Below are positions 17,289-25,520 of a DNA stretch of 49,150 nt, piece by piece. Below the pieces are notes generated by a model that was given only the letters and a program-made list of their open reading frames with translations, had not been told where the DNA came from and searched no databases. This stretch comes from Clostridia bacterium (GTDB taxonomy: Bacteria > Bacillota > Clostridia > Christensenellales > Aristaeellaceae): the NCBI GenBank assembly GCA_030537335.1, contig JAUNNK010000002.1, forward strand, positions 1 to 49,150, given 5' to 3'. The translations under genes were made by a program, and so were the position numbers. Position 1 is the first letter of the stretch. Every line of letters begins with the position of its first letter.

Positions 17289-17304
17289 GTGATGTCTGTG
17301 AATC

Positions 17305-19314
17305 TTACTGCAGGCGGGAGTACATGGAGGAGATCCAGCCCTTGGTGCCGTTGTAGCTGATGTAGTACCACTGCACGCCGCGGGAGTCCGTGGAGGTCTT
17401 GCCCAGGTAGGTAGCGACCTTGCCCTCGGCGATGTAGCCCAGCTTGGCGCTTGTCTTGTCAGCCTTGGAGCGGATGGTGACGTCGCCGCCGACCACCTTC
17501 ACGGTGTCGCTGGAGCCGCCGGAGGAGGAGTCCTTGCTGTTCGTGATCTTGGAATAGCGGGAGGAGACCCAGCCGGTCACGCCGTTGTACTTCACCTTGT
17601 ACCACACCACGCCGCGGGTGTCCTTGGCGGCGGTGCCCAGGCAGCTGCCGTAAGCGCCGCTGGGCATGGAGCCAACGACCTTGTAGCTGGTGCCGGCCTT
17701 GGAACGGATGTTCACGCTGCCGCCCACTACCTTGACATACTTGCCATCGATGTCGTAGGTCTTGACCACGGTGCTGTCGGACTGGGAGTCGGAGTCGTCG
17801 GAGGAGGAGCTGTACTTCTCGGCGTAGGCGGAGTAGATCCAGCCGGTGGTGCCGTTATACTTCACCTGATACCACACGGAGCCGCCGCTGGTCTTGGCCG
17901 CAGTACCGGTGCAGCTGACGATCTTGCCCGCCGGGATGGAGGTGTAGATTGTGCTGCTGGTGAGCGGCTTGGAGCGCAGGTTCACTGCGCTGGTGATGCG
18001 CAGGGACTTGACGCTCGTGGAGTAGGTGGAGTAGGTGGTCTTGCTGGTGGTAGAGGACGAGCCGGGGGCGTTGGAGGAATCCGTGCCGGGCGTGCTCACC
18101 GGAACGGCCGTCGCAGTGGGAACCGGCGTGGGCGTCACACCGATGGGCGTAGCCTTGGGCGCGGTGGAGCCGGTGCTGCCGTTGGCGGCGTCGACATTGT
18201 TCATGAAGTCGGTGAACCAGTCGCTGTTCGCCTGGGTAGCCTCGTCGGTTCCGGGGGTGGCGGAGGGATCAATGGTGGGGGTGGTCTCGGGCAGCAGCGC
18301 TGCGGTGACCGCCTGGGTCAGATCGCCACTGTAGAGGACGGTCTGGCTGCCGTCGGTGCGCACCTCGGTCAGGGTCAGCTTCGTGGGCTCCCACACGTAG
18401 AGGGCCTCGCCGTCGAAGGTGACGCTGGAGCCGTTCTCGGGGGCGTAGAGGCTGGTCTCGCCCAGGTTCAGCGCGCTGTTGTACCAGGCAACCACGCCCG
18501 CACGGGTGGGCCAGAAGCCGCTGTCCGGCTCGGCGCACGCGCTGTTCAGCGTCTTGAGCTGGGTGTCCAGGCTGTATACGCGGCCGCGCAGCTCCGCGCT
18601 CTCACCAGTGCGCACGGCGTAGGCGTCCGCCAGGTTGTGGAAGTAGACCAGATTGTCCAGAATCTTCAGATCCTCGCCGCCGCTCTTGAGCAGCAGGTCG
18701 GTCTCGCCGTTGTTCAGATTCAGGCGATAGATGCAGCCCGCCTGGGTAGTGGCGGTCTCATCGTCGCTCAGCTGGGCGGTGTATTCCATCTTGTCGCCGT
18801 CGGCCAGGTAGTAGGCGTAGCCGTCGCCCAGCACATAGTCCAGCATCTGTGCGCCGGAGAGCTTCAGGCACACGCCGGTGTCCGGCTCGATGGAGTGCAG
18901 CAGACCGTTCATCAGAACCAGCAGCTTGCCGCCGAACATCGTCATGTGCTCTGCGGTGGACACGCCGAAGGAATACAGCGTGCTCTGCTGGTTGCCCACG
19001 CAGCTGATGATGGCGGAGGCGCCGTCGGTGGTTTTGAGGTAGGCCGCGCCCGCACCGTAGTTCATCAGACTCTCGATGCTGTCCGCGCGATCCATGCAGA
19101 CCGGCTGCGAGCCGTCCAGCGGCAGGCGAACCAGCATGTCGCCCTCGCCCGAGGGCAGGATCAGGTAGATTTCGGAAGCCGTGCGGGCGGCGTCCAGGCC
19201 ATTGACGGCCTCCACGGCTGCGTTGGGAGCGGCGGCGTCAACCGTCGGCTCGGCAAGTGCCAGGCCCTGAAGCGCCATCAGCGCGATCAGCAGCCACAAA
19301 ATAGCTTTGCGCAT
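17305..19314 (-). CDS. Secreted DUF5050-like beta-propeller protein with three C-terminal SH3b domains
   Basis: ATG 19314 follows AAAGGAGGAA. Signal peptide MRKAILWLLIALMALQGLALA. The middle has propeller-like repeats (..YRLNLNNGETDLLL..LVYFHN..), followed by a P/T/S linker. Three SH3_3 repeats each end in ..WY.V.YNG..GW..S.Y. Confidence 0.8.
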   Translation of the reverse strand: MRKAILWLLIALMALQGLALAEPTVDAAAPNAAVEAVNGLDAARTASEIYLILPSGEGDMLVRLPLDGSQPVCMDRADSIESLMNYGAGAAYLKTTDGASAIISCVGNQQSTLYSFGVSTAEHMTMFGGKLLVLMNGLLHSIEPDTGVCLKLSGAQMLDYVLGDGYAYYLADGDKMEYTAQLSDDETATTQAGCIYRLNLNNGETDLLLKSGGEDLKILDNLVYFHNLADAYAVRTGESAELRGRVYSLDTQLKTLNSACAEPDSGFWPTRAGVVAWYNSALNLGETSLYAPENGSSVTFDGEALYVWEPTKLTLTEVRTDGSQTVLYSGDLTQAVTAALLPETTPTIDPSATPGTDEATQANSDWFTDFMNNVDAANGSTGSTAPKATPIGVTPTPVPTATAVPVSTPGTDSSNAPGSSSTTSKTTYSTYSTSVKSLRITSAVNLRSKPLTSSTIYTSIPAGKIVSCTGTAAKTSGGSVWYQVKYNGTTGWIYSAYAEKYSSSSDDSDSQSDSTVVKTYDIDGKYVKVVGGSVNIRSKAGTSYKVVGSMPSGAYGSCLGTAAKDTRGVVWYKVKYNGVTGWVSSRYSKITNSKDSSSGGSSDTVKVVGGDVTIRSKADKTSAKLGYIAEGKVATYLGKTSTDSRGVQWYYISYNGTKGWISSMYSRLQ

Positions 19315-19442
19315 ATGTATTCCTCCTTTGTTTACCCGTAAATTATACCATAGGATCGGTCGAAACTCAACCATTGGGGATTAGACGAAAAAAAGTCGGA
19401 TTTTGATCCATATTCACATGAAATTGCATGGGGAAAATAACG

Positions 19443-19471
19443 TTGCAAAAGGCCGCATCTTTTGCTATAAT
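19443..19471 (+). promoter_or_regulatory. SigA-type promoter
   Basis: TTGCAA (19443-19448), 17 nt, then TATAAT (19466-19471), about 35 nt upstream of the 19507 start. Confidence 0.55.
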
Positions 19472-19506
19472 GGACGAAATCAATACCTGCACAAGGAGGG
19501 CGAAGC

Positions 19507-20049
19507 ATGCCTTTGTTTGATTCGAGCGCGGAGAAGCTGCGCAAGGAAAATCTGAAGAGTTTGGAGGACCGGCGGCTGCACTTTGCCGAAGAGCTCCAGC
19601 AGAGGGGCTTCAAGCCGGAAAAGATGCTGTTCTGCTCCACTGAGGGCGGCCAGTTCGTCGCGCTGGCGCGCTGCGATGGCAAGATCGCCGTGGTGGTTTC
19701 CCCCATCTTCGGCCAGGAGGGCGACTTCCTGTTTGAGTGCCACGATGCGCTCCAGTGGGAGAAGGAGGACATCTTCGAGAAGGGCACCGGCCTGAACGGC
19801 GCCTTCGGCTTCGGCAAGAAGGGCGCGAAGGGCTTCATCCTTCACATCATGCTCAGCGACGGCAGCGTGGCGCACCTGCACGTGGTGGCCGGCCGCACCT
19901 CCTATCTGGAGACGGACTACAAGCACAATCCGCTGCTCAAGACCAAGCGCCGCAGGGGCGACGCCAACATCATCTGGGATCTCGTGCCCATCGAGCCGGG
20001 TCACCTGGACAAGATCGAGGATGTGCTGTTCAACTATTACCTTACCTGA
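19507..20049 (+). CDS. Hypothetical protein (180 aa)
   Basis: RBS AAGGAGGG and coding-like composition. No family recognised. Confidence 0.6.
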   Translation: MPLFDSSAEKLRKENLKSLEDRRLHFAEELQQRGFKPEKMLFCSTEGGQFVALARCDGKIAVVVSPIFGQEGDFLFECHDALQWEKEDIFEKGTGLNGAFGFGKKGAKGFILHIMLSDGSVAHLHVVAGRTSYLETDYKHNPLLKTKRRRGDANIIWDLVPIEPGHLDKIEDVLFNYYLT

Positions 20050-20060
20050 AGATTCAATGC

Positions 20061-20093
20061 AAAACCCAACCGATTCGCGTCGGTTGGGTTTTT
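20061..20093. terminator. Bidirectional terminator between convergent genes
   Basis: AAAA-CCCAACCGA-TTCGCG-TCGGTTGGG-TTTTT lies between the stops at 20049 (+) and 20106 (-). Confidence 0.75.
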
Positions 20094-20105
20094 GCGTGGA
20101 ATGGA

Positions 20106-21512
20106 TTATTCCTTCCCGTTCCAGCAGTAGGTGCACAGCTTGCAGGGGGACACGCCCGTGGAGGCCATCATGTCGTCCAGACGCTGGAACTTCAGCGTGG
20201 TGAATTTCAGCTCCTTGCGGATTTCCTCCACCATGGCGGCGTACTCCGGCGCGTCGGGATCGGCGTAGCGCGCAAGCTTCTCCCTGGACGGCTCGCCGCC
20301 CTCCAGCCGGACGATCACCCGGCGGGCGATCAGGTCGTACTCCGAGGTGGAACGGGAGAAGTTCAGATACTTGCAGCCGAAGAGGATTGGCGGGCAGGCC
20401 GTGCGGATGTGCACCTCCTCTGCGCCGCTGTTGTAGAGGAACTCGGCGGTCTCGCCCAGCTGGGTGCCGCGCACGATGGAATCGTCGATCATGATCAGCT
20501 TCTTGCCGCGGATCAGCGAATCCACGGGGATCAGCTTCATGTGGGCGATCAGGTTGCGCTTCTTCTGGTTGGAGGGCATGAAGGAACGCGGCCAGGTGGG
20601 CGTGTACTTCACGAAGGGCCGGGTGAAGGGGATGCCGGAGCGGTTGGCGTAGCCCACGGCGTGGGCGGTGCCGGAGTCCGGAACGCCGGCCACGGTGTCG
20701 GCCTGGATATCGTCGCGCCGGGCCAGCATGTCGCCGCAGCGGCAGCGCATCTCCTCCACGTTCATGCCCTCGTAGCAGGAGGACGGATAGCCGAAGTACA
20801 CCCACAGGAAGGTGCAGATCTTCATCTCGGGCAGGGGAGGCAGCAGCGTCTCGTCGCTGTCCGCCGTCAGGAACACCACCTCGCCCGGACCCAGCTCCCG
20901 CAGGTTCTCGTAGCCCAGATTTAAATAGGAAAAGGATTCAAAGCAGGCGCAGCGCGCACCGTCCTTCTGACCCAGGATCACCGGCGTGCGGCCCAGGCGG
21001 TCGCGGGCGGCATAGATGCCCTCCGAGGTGAGAATCAGGATGGACATGGAGCCGTCGATCACGCTCTGGGCATAGCGGATGCCCTCCGCGATGGAGCCCT
21101 TGCGGTTGATCAGCGCTGCGGTCAGCTCGGTGGGGTTGATGCTGCCGCCGCTCATCTCCAGAAAGTGAATCGTGCCCTTGCCGAAGGCCTCGCGCACCAG
21201 CGCGTCCACGTTGTTGATGCGGCCCACGGTGGTGATGGCGAAGTTGCCCAAGTGGGAGCGCACGATCAGCGGCTGGGGCTCGGTGTCGGAGATGCAGCCG
21301 ATGCCGGAGTTGCCCGCCATCTGCTCCACGTCGCGCTCGAACTTCGTGCGGAACGGCGAATTCTCGATGTTGTGAATCGCACGCTCGAAGCCGTTCTTGC
21401 CGTAAACCACCATGCCCGCGCGCTTCGTGCCCAGGTGGGAGTGGTAGTCGGTTCCGAAGAAGAGGTCAAATACGCAGTCTGATTTGGAAATCACACCGAA
21501 AAATCCGCCCAT
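20106..21512 (-). CDS. purF: Amidophosphoribosyltransferase (PurF) homologue without the N-terminal nucleophile Cys
   Basis: ATG 21512 lies 8 nt after AAAGGAG. The product starts MGGFFGV.. where PurF has (M)CG(I/V)FG. The PRPP loop LIMIDDSIVRGTQ and PurF-like CPPILFGCKYLNF are present, with a Cys-rich C-terminus CKLCTYCW. Confidence 0.8.
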   Translation of the reverse strand: MGGFFGVISKSDCVFDLFFGTDYHSHLGTKRAGMVVYGKNGFERAIHNIENSPFRTKFERDVEQMAGNSGIGCISDTEPQPLIVRSHLGNFAITTVGRINNVDALVREAFGKGTIHFLEMSGGSINPTELTAALINRKGSIAEGIRYAQSVIDGSMSILILTSEGIYAARDRLGRTPVILGQKDGARCACFESFSYLNLGYENLRELGPGEVVFLTADSDETLLPPLPEMKICTFLWVYFGYPSSCYEGMNVEEMRCRCGDMLARRDDIQADTVAGVPDSGTAHAVGYANRSGIPFTRPFVKYTPTWPRSFMPSNQKKRNLIAHMKLIPVDSLIRGKKLIMIDDSIVRGTQLGETAEFLYNSGAEEVHIRTACPPILFGCKYLNFSRSTSEYDLIARRVIVRLEGGEPSREKLARYADPDAPEYAAMVEEIRKELKFTTLKFQRLDDMMASTGVSPCKLCTYCWNGKE

Positions 21513-21654
21513 GTTTGCTTCTCCTTTGCAGCAGTCTCCGTCGTCGCGGCGTTCTTGCCGCGCGCTCTCTGGTTTGATTTGATAACAAGCATTATAGCAT
21601 TCTTTTCCGCCCACTTCCGCATGGATGTGTAAACTTTGCGTGAGCTGCGGGTCA

Positions 21655-21686
21655 TTTTTCCGAACTTTCCGAACGTTCGGATTCGG
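21655..21686 (-). promoter_or_regulatory. PurBox-like operator (candidate PurR site) upstream of purF
   Basis: TTTTTCCGAACTTTCCGAACGTTCGGATTCGG holds three CCGAAC cores (B. subtilis PurBox AWWWCCGAACWWT), including the perfect palindrome CCGAACGTTCGG at 21669-21680. It lies about 60 bp upstream of an extended -10 (TGCTATAAT, complement of 21591-21599). Confidence 0.5.
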
Positions 21687-22120
21687 ATGTGCGGCAATTT
21701 ACCCGCGCAATTCTGCGGGATTCGGGAAAAATGTGCGGAAAACGCGCGCCGGAGGGACGATGCGCGAGGAAATCGCCGCGTTTTGCGCGCAAAAAGGGCA
21801 TTCTGGAGTATTTGCATATTTATGCATAAAGGAATCACGATGAATCCGAATATAGCAAACACTTGTATTTGCTATATGGACGGATATGCGGCGAAACGGC
21901 AGTAAAAATTAACATTCCGCGATTCACGGACAGATGTGCGATGATTTCAGCGCAAATTATGCAAATAAATGGAAAAGAACCGCCGTATAACGGCGAATAA
22001 GCCCCGGAAATGGATGTATTTGCCAATTGAGATGCATAAATCGGGGCAAAACTGGCCGCGAATTGCGGATTTCTCCGGTGGAAACGAAGCTTTCTGTTTC
22101 AAAAAATTGCAAAATGGGGC

Positions 22121-22149
22121 TTGCAATTGTTGGAATTCTTCTGTATAAT
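22121..22149 (+). promoter_or_regulatory. SigA-type promoter of the ABC transporter operon
   Basis: TTGCAA (22121-22126), 17 nt, then TATAAT (22144-22149) with an extended-10 TG. Confidence 0.6.
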
Positions 22150-22179
22150 ACCCCCATGATGCAAAGGAGGCATACCACA

Positions 22180-23355
22180 ATGAAAAAGATTCTCGCATTG
22201 GTTCTTGTTCTCATGCTGTCCGTTTCCGCAGTTGCAATGGCGGAGACCATCAAGATCGGCGTTTTCGAGCCCGCATCTGGCGACAATGGCGCTGGCGGTA
22301 AGCAGGAAGTCATCGGTATCGAGTACGCCAATTCTCTGGTTCCCACCGTCGAGATCGGCGGCGTGACCTATGACGTCGAGCTGGTCGAGGTGGACAACCA
22401 GTCCGCCACCGATAAGGCCGTCTCCGCAGCTCAGGAGCTGGTTGACGCAGGCGTGAGCATCGTGCTCGGCTCCTACGGCTCCGGCGTGTCCATGGCGGGC
22501 GGCGAGGTCTTCGCGGCTGCTGAGATCCCGGCGATCGGCTGCTCCTGCACCAACCCGGGCGTCACTTCCCTGTGCGATTACTACTGGCGCGTCTGCTTCC
22601 TGGATCCCTTCCAGGGCACCGTCATGGCGAACTTCGCCATGGATGAGTTCGGCGCGAAGACCGCTTACGTGCTGAGCCAGCTGGGCGATGACTACACCAC
22701 CGGCCTGGCCACCTACTTCGCCAAGGCCTTCGAGGGCATGGGCGGCACCGTCATCAACGAGCAGTTCACCGAGGGCACCTCGGACTACACCGCCTATCTG
22801 ACCAACGCCATCAACGGCGGCGCAGACGTCATCTTCTGCCCCACCAGCACCACCGTTGCGGCCCTGCTGATCAACCAGGCCGCTTCCATGAACATCGAGC
22901 TGCCGCTGCTGGCTGGCGACACCTGGGAGTCCTCCGTCATTCTGGACGCCGCCAAGGGCACCAACCTGACCATCTGCTGCTCCACCTTCTTCGATGAGAA
23001 CGACGAGTCCTCCACCCAGGCGGCCGAGTTCGTCCAGGGCTTCAAGGCCTGGCTGAACGCCAACCCGGACAAGATGACCAACAACGGCGGCAACGACATC
23101 GTCGCGGCAGTCTCTGCTCTGGGCTTCGACGCCTACATGACCGCCATCGAGGCCATCAAGGCTGCGGATTCCGCCGTCGGCGCGGACATCGCCGCTGCAA
23201 TGCCTGGCGTGACCCTGACCGGCGTGACCGGCTCCATCTCCTTCGATGAGATCGGCGACGCCAACAAGGATATGGCTTACATCAAGCAGGCCAACACCGA
23301 GACCGGCGCATTCGACTTCGTCAAGACCCAGACCGTCGCGGAGCTCGAGGGCTGA
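22180..23355 (+). CDS. ABC transporter substrate-binding lipoprotein/secreted protein, LivJ/Peripla_BP_6 type (branched-chain amino acids or related)
   Basis: RBS AAAGGAGG. Signal peptide MKKILALVLVLMLSVSAVAMA. The text IKIGVFEPASG..GSYGSG.. is typical of family-6 binding proteins. Confidence 0.8.
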   Translation: MKKILALVLVLMLSVSAVAMAETIKIGVFEPASGDNGAGGKQEVIGIEYANSLVPTVEIGGVTYDVELVEVDNQSATDKAVSAAQELVDAGVSIVLGSYGSGVSMAGGEVFAAAEIPAIGCSCTNPGVTSLCDYYWRVCFLDPFQGTVMANFAMDEFGAKTAYVLSQLGDDYTTGLATYFAKAFEGMGGTVINEQFTEGTSDYTAYLTNAINGGADVIFCPTSTTVAALLINQAASMNIELPLLAGDTWESSVILDAAKGTNLTICCSTFFDENDESSTQAAEFVQGFKAWLNANPDKMTNNGGNDIVAAVSALGFDAYMTAIEAIKAADSAVGADIAAAMPGVTLTGVTGSISFDEIGDANKDMAYIKQANTETGAFDFVKTQTVAELEG

Positions 23356-23395
23356 TCCACTCACATTGCTTTCAGTCCTGACTGACTGAACGACG

Positions 23396-23424
23396 CCGAA
23401 CCCGCGCCCCAAACGCGGGTTCGG
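23396..23424 (+). promoter_or_regulatory. Intra-operon hairpin after the binding-protein gene
   Basis: CCGAACCCGCG-CCCCAAA-CGCGGGTTCGG (11-bp stem) without a clean T tract. It lies between the SBP and permease genes. Confidence 0.5.
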
Positions 23425-23560
23425 TATGTTCATGTTTGGAGGAAATCATTTTGCGCTCCGGATCGGGCTTCGATCCGCACGCGGAGCGCCGTGCAATCCA
23501 TCCGAAACCCTGCGCCGGGCGCCGCTTCCTCGCGTCCAATACAAAACGGAGGCTTTTCAA

Positions 23561-24439
23561 ATGTTTGACAAAATCCTGCCTTACCTGCTATCGGGCATCT
23601 CGGTGGGCGGACAGTACGCGCTGATCGCCGTGGGCTACACGATGGTGTACGGCATCCTGCGCCTGATCAACTTCGCGCACGGCGACATCTTCACCGCCGC
23701 AGGCTTCTTCATGGTCTACATCGCCGCCACGCTGCCGGTGCAGATCGCCATGCCGCTGGTGGTGGTGCTCACGGTGATTCTGGGCTTCGCGGTGGAGCGC
23801 GTGGCCTACAAGCCGCTCAGGTCTGCCCCGCGCATGTCCGTCATGATCTCGGCCATTGGCGTTTCCTATCTTTTGCAGAACCTGATGTGGTATGTCACCG
23901 GCGGCCTGGCCAAGCAGTATCCCACCATCCCCTGGATCTCCAATTCCATCACCATCGGCCCCGCCACCACCAAGGTCGTGACCATCGTCACCCCGATCCT
24001 GACCATCCTGCTAGTGATTGCCCTGGTGACCATCATCCAGAAGACCAAGATCGGCATGGCCATGCGCGCGGTGTCCAAGGACTTCGAGACCGCGCAGCTC
24101 ATGGGCATCAAGATCGACTCCGTCATCTCCACCACGTTCATCATCGGCTCCCTGCTGGCGGCCATCGGCTCGGTGCTGTACTTCACCAACTACACCTCCG
24201 TCACTCCCACGGTGGGCGCAATGCCGGGTCTTAAGGCATTCGTGGCGGCGGTGTTTGGCGGCATCGGCTCCATTCCGGGCGCGGTCATCGGCGCGTTCAT
24301 CATCGGCATCTGTGAAAACCTGATCAAGGCGCTGGGCTACACCACGTTCTCCGACGCCTTCACCTTCGCGCTGCTGATCGTCATCCTGCTGTTCAAGCCC
24401 ACCGGCCTGTTCGGCGAGAAAATTTCCGAGAAGGTGTAG
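23561..24439 (+). CDS. livH: Branched-chain amino acid ABC transporter permease (LivH type)
   Basis: RBS ACGGAGG. Signature GGQYALIAVGYTMVYGILRLINFAHGD. Confidence 0.85.
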   Translation: MFDKILPYLLSGISVGGQYALIAVGYTMVYGILRLINFAHGDIFTAAGFFMVYIAATLPVQIAMPLVVVLTVILGFAVERVAYKPLRSAPRMSVMISAIGVSYLLQNLMWYVTGGLAKQYPTIPWISNSITIGPATTKVVTIVTPILTILLVIALVTIIQKTKIGMAMRAVSKDFETAQLMGIKIDSVISTTFIIGSLLAAIGSVLYFTNYTSVTPTVGAMPGLKAFVAAVFGGIGSIPGAVIGAFIIGICENLIKALGYTTFSDAFTFALLIVILLFKPTGLFGEKISEKV

Positions 24440-24449
24440 GTGAAGCGGC

Positions 24450-25520
24450 ATGAAGAAATCGACGAAAAACCTCATCAACATCGGCCTTCTGATTCTGATG
24501 TTCGTGGCGCTGTACTTCATCGAGAAGGTCGCGGGCACGCGGTCGATGCTGATCACGGTGCTCAAGAAGGGCGCGATCTACGCCCTGATCGCAGTTTCCA
24601 TGAACCTGCTCAACGGCTTCACCGGCCTGTTCTCCCTAGGTCAGGCGGGCTTCATGCTGGTGGGCGCGTACACCTACGCCGTGCTGACCATCCCCATGGC
24701 AAAGCGCATGGCGGTGTACCAGTACTATGACGGCGGCATCATCGGCTTTACCGTGCCCGCCATCGTGGGCATCCTGGCGGCGGGCGCGCTGGCGGCGATT
24801 CTCGCGGCGCTGATCGGCCTTCCGGTGCTGCGCCTGAAGAGCGACTATCTGGCCATCGCAACCCTGGGCTTCGCGGAGATCATCCGCGCCATCATCCAGT
24901 GGGACGCCCTGGGCCCGGTGACCAACGGCTCCAACCTGCTCAAGACCTATCCCACCTTCACCACGGTGCTCCAGCCCTTCCTTGCGGCGACGATCTGCAT
25001 CGGGATCATCGTGCTACTGATCAACTCAACCTACGGGCGCGCCTTCAAGGCCATCCGCGACGATGAAATCGCTGCCGAGGCCATGGGCATCAACCTGTTC
25101 CATCACAAGCAGATGTCCTTCGTCATCTCCTCGTTCTTCGCGGGGGTGGGCGGCGCGCTGCTGGCGATGTATCAGGCAAGCCTGCAGGCCAACGCCTTCA
25201 AGTCCTCCATGACCTATGAGATCCTCCTGATCGTGGTCATCGGCGGCATGGGCTCCGTCACCGGCTCCGTGCTGGCGAGCTTTTTGTTCATCGCCTGCAG
25301 CGAGTGGTGGCTGCGCTTCCTGGATACGGAGATGTTCCTCTTCGGCGGAACCTTCAAGGTGCCGCTGCTGCGCTCGGGCTTCCGCATGGTGGTGTTCTCC
25401 ATCGTCATCATGATCGTGGTGCTGTTCTTCCGCAAGGGCATCATGGGTGAGCGCGAGCTCTGGGATCTGTTCAAGCCGAGGAAGAAGAAAAATAAGACGA
25501 CGGAGGGTGCGAAGGGATGA
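24450..25520 (+). CDS. livM: Branched-chain amino acid ABC transporter permease (LivM type)
   Basis: Contains NLLNGFTGLFSLGQAGFMLVGAYT and a C-terminal basic tail. The stop overlaps the livG start. Confidence 0.85.
   Translation: MKKSTKNLINIGLLILMFVALYFIEKVAGTRSMLITVLKKGAIYALIAVSMNLLNGFTGLFSLGQAGFMLVGAYTYAVLTIPMAKRMAVYQYYDGGIIGFTVPAIVGILAAGALAAILAALIGLPVLRLKSDYLAIATLGFAEIIRAIIQWDALGPVTNGSNLLKTYPTFTTVLQPFLAATICIGIIVLLINSTYGRAFKAIRDDEIAAEAMGINLFHHKQMSFVISSFFAGVGGALLAMYQASLQANAFKSSMTYEILLIVVIGGMGSVTGSVLASFLFIACSEWWLRFLDTEMFLFGGTFKVPLLRSGFRMVVFSIVIMIVVLFFRKGIMGERELWDLFKPRKKKNKTTEGAKG

Noticed and set aside
21840-21905. 21-codon ORF MNPNIANTCICYMDGYAAKRQ with an AAGGA 6 nt upstream, just downstream of the TGCATA motif; considered as a possible signalling pro-peptide for the orphan AgrC-like system
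   Set aside because: It is too short and lacks the amphipathic leader and acidic tail of AgrD-type precursors. If the motif positions a promoter as at 47388-47416, transcription would start inside or after the ORF start. Chance ORFs of this size are common. It is kept only as a note under the motif finding.
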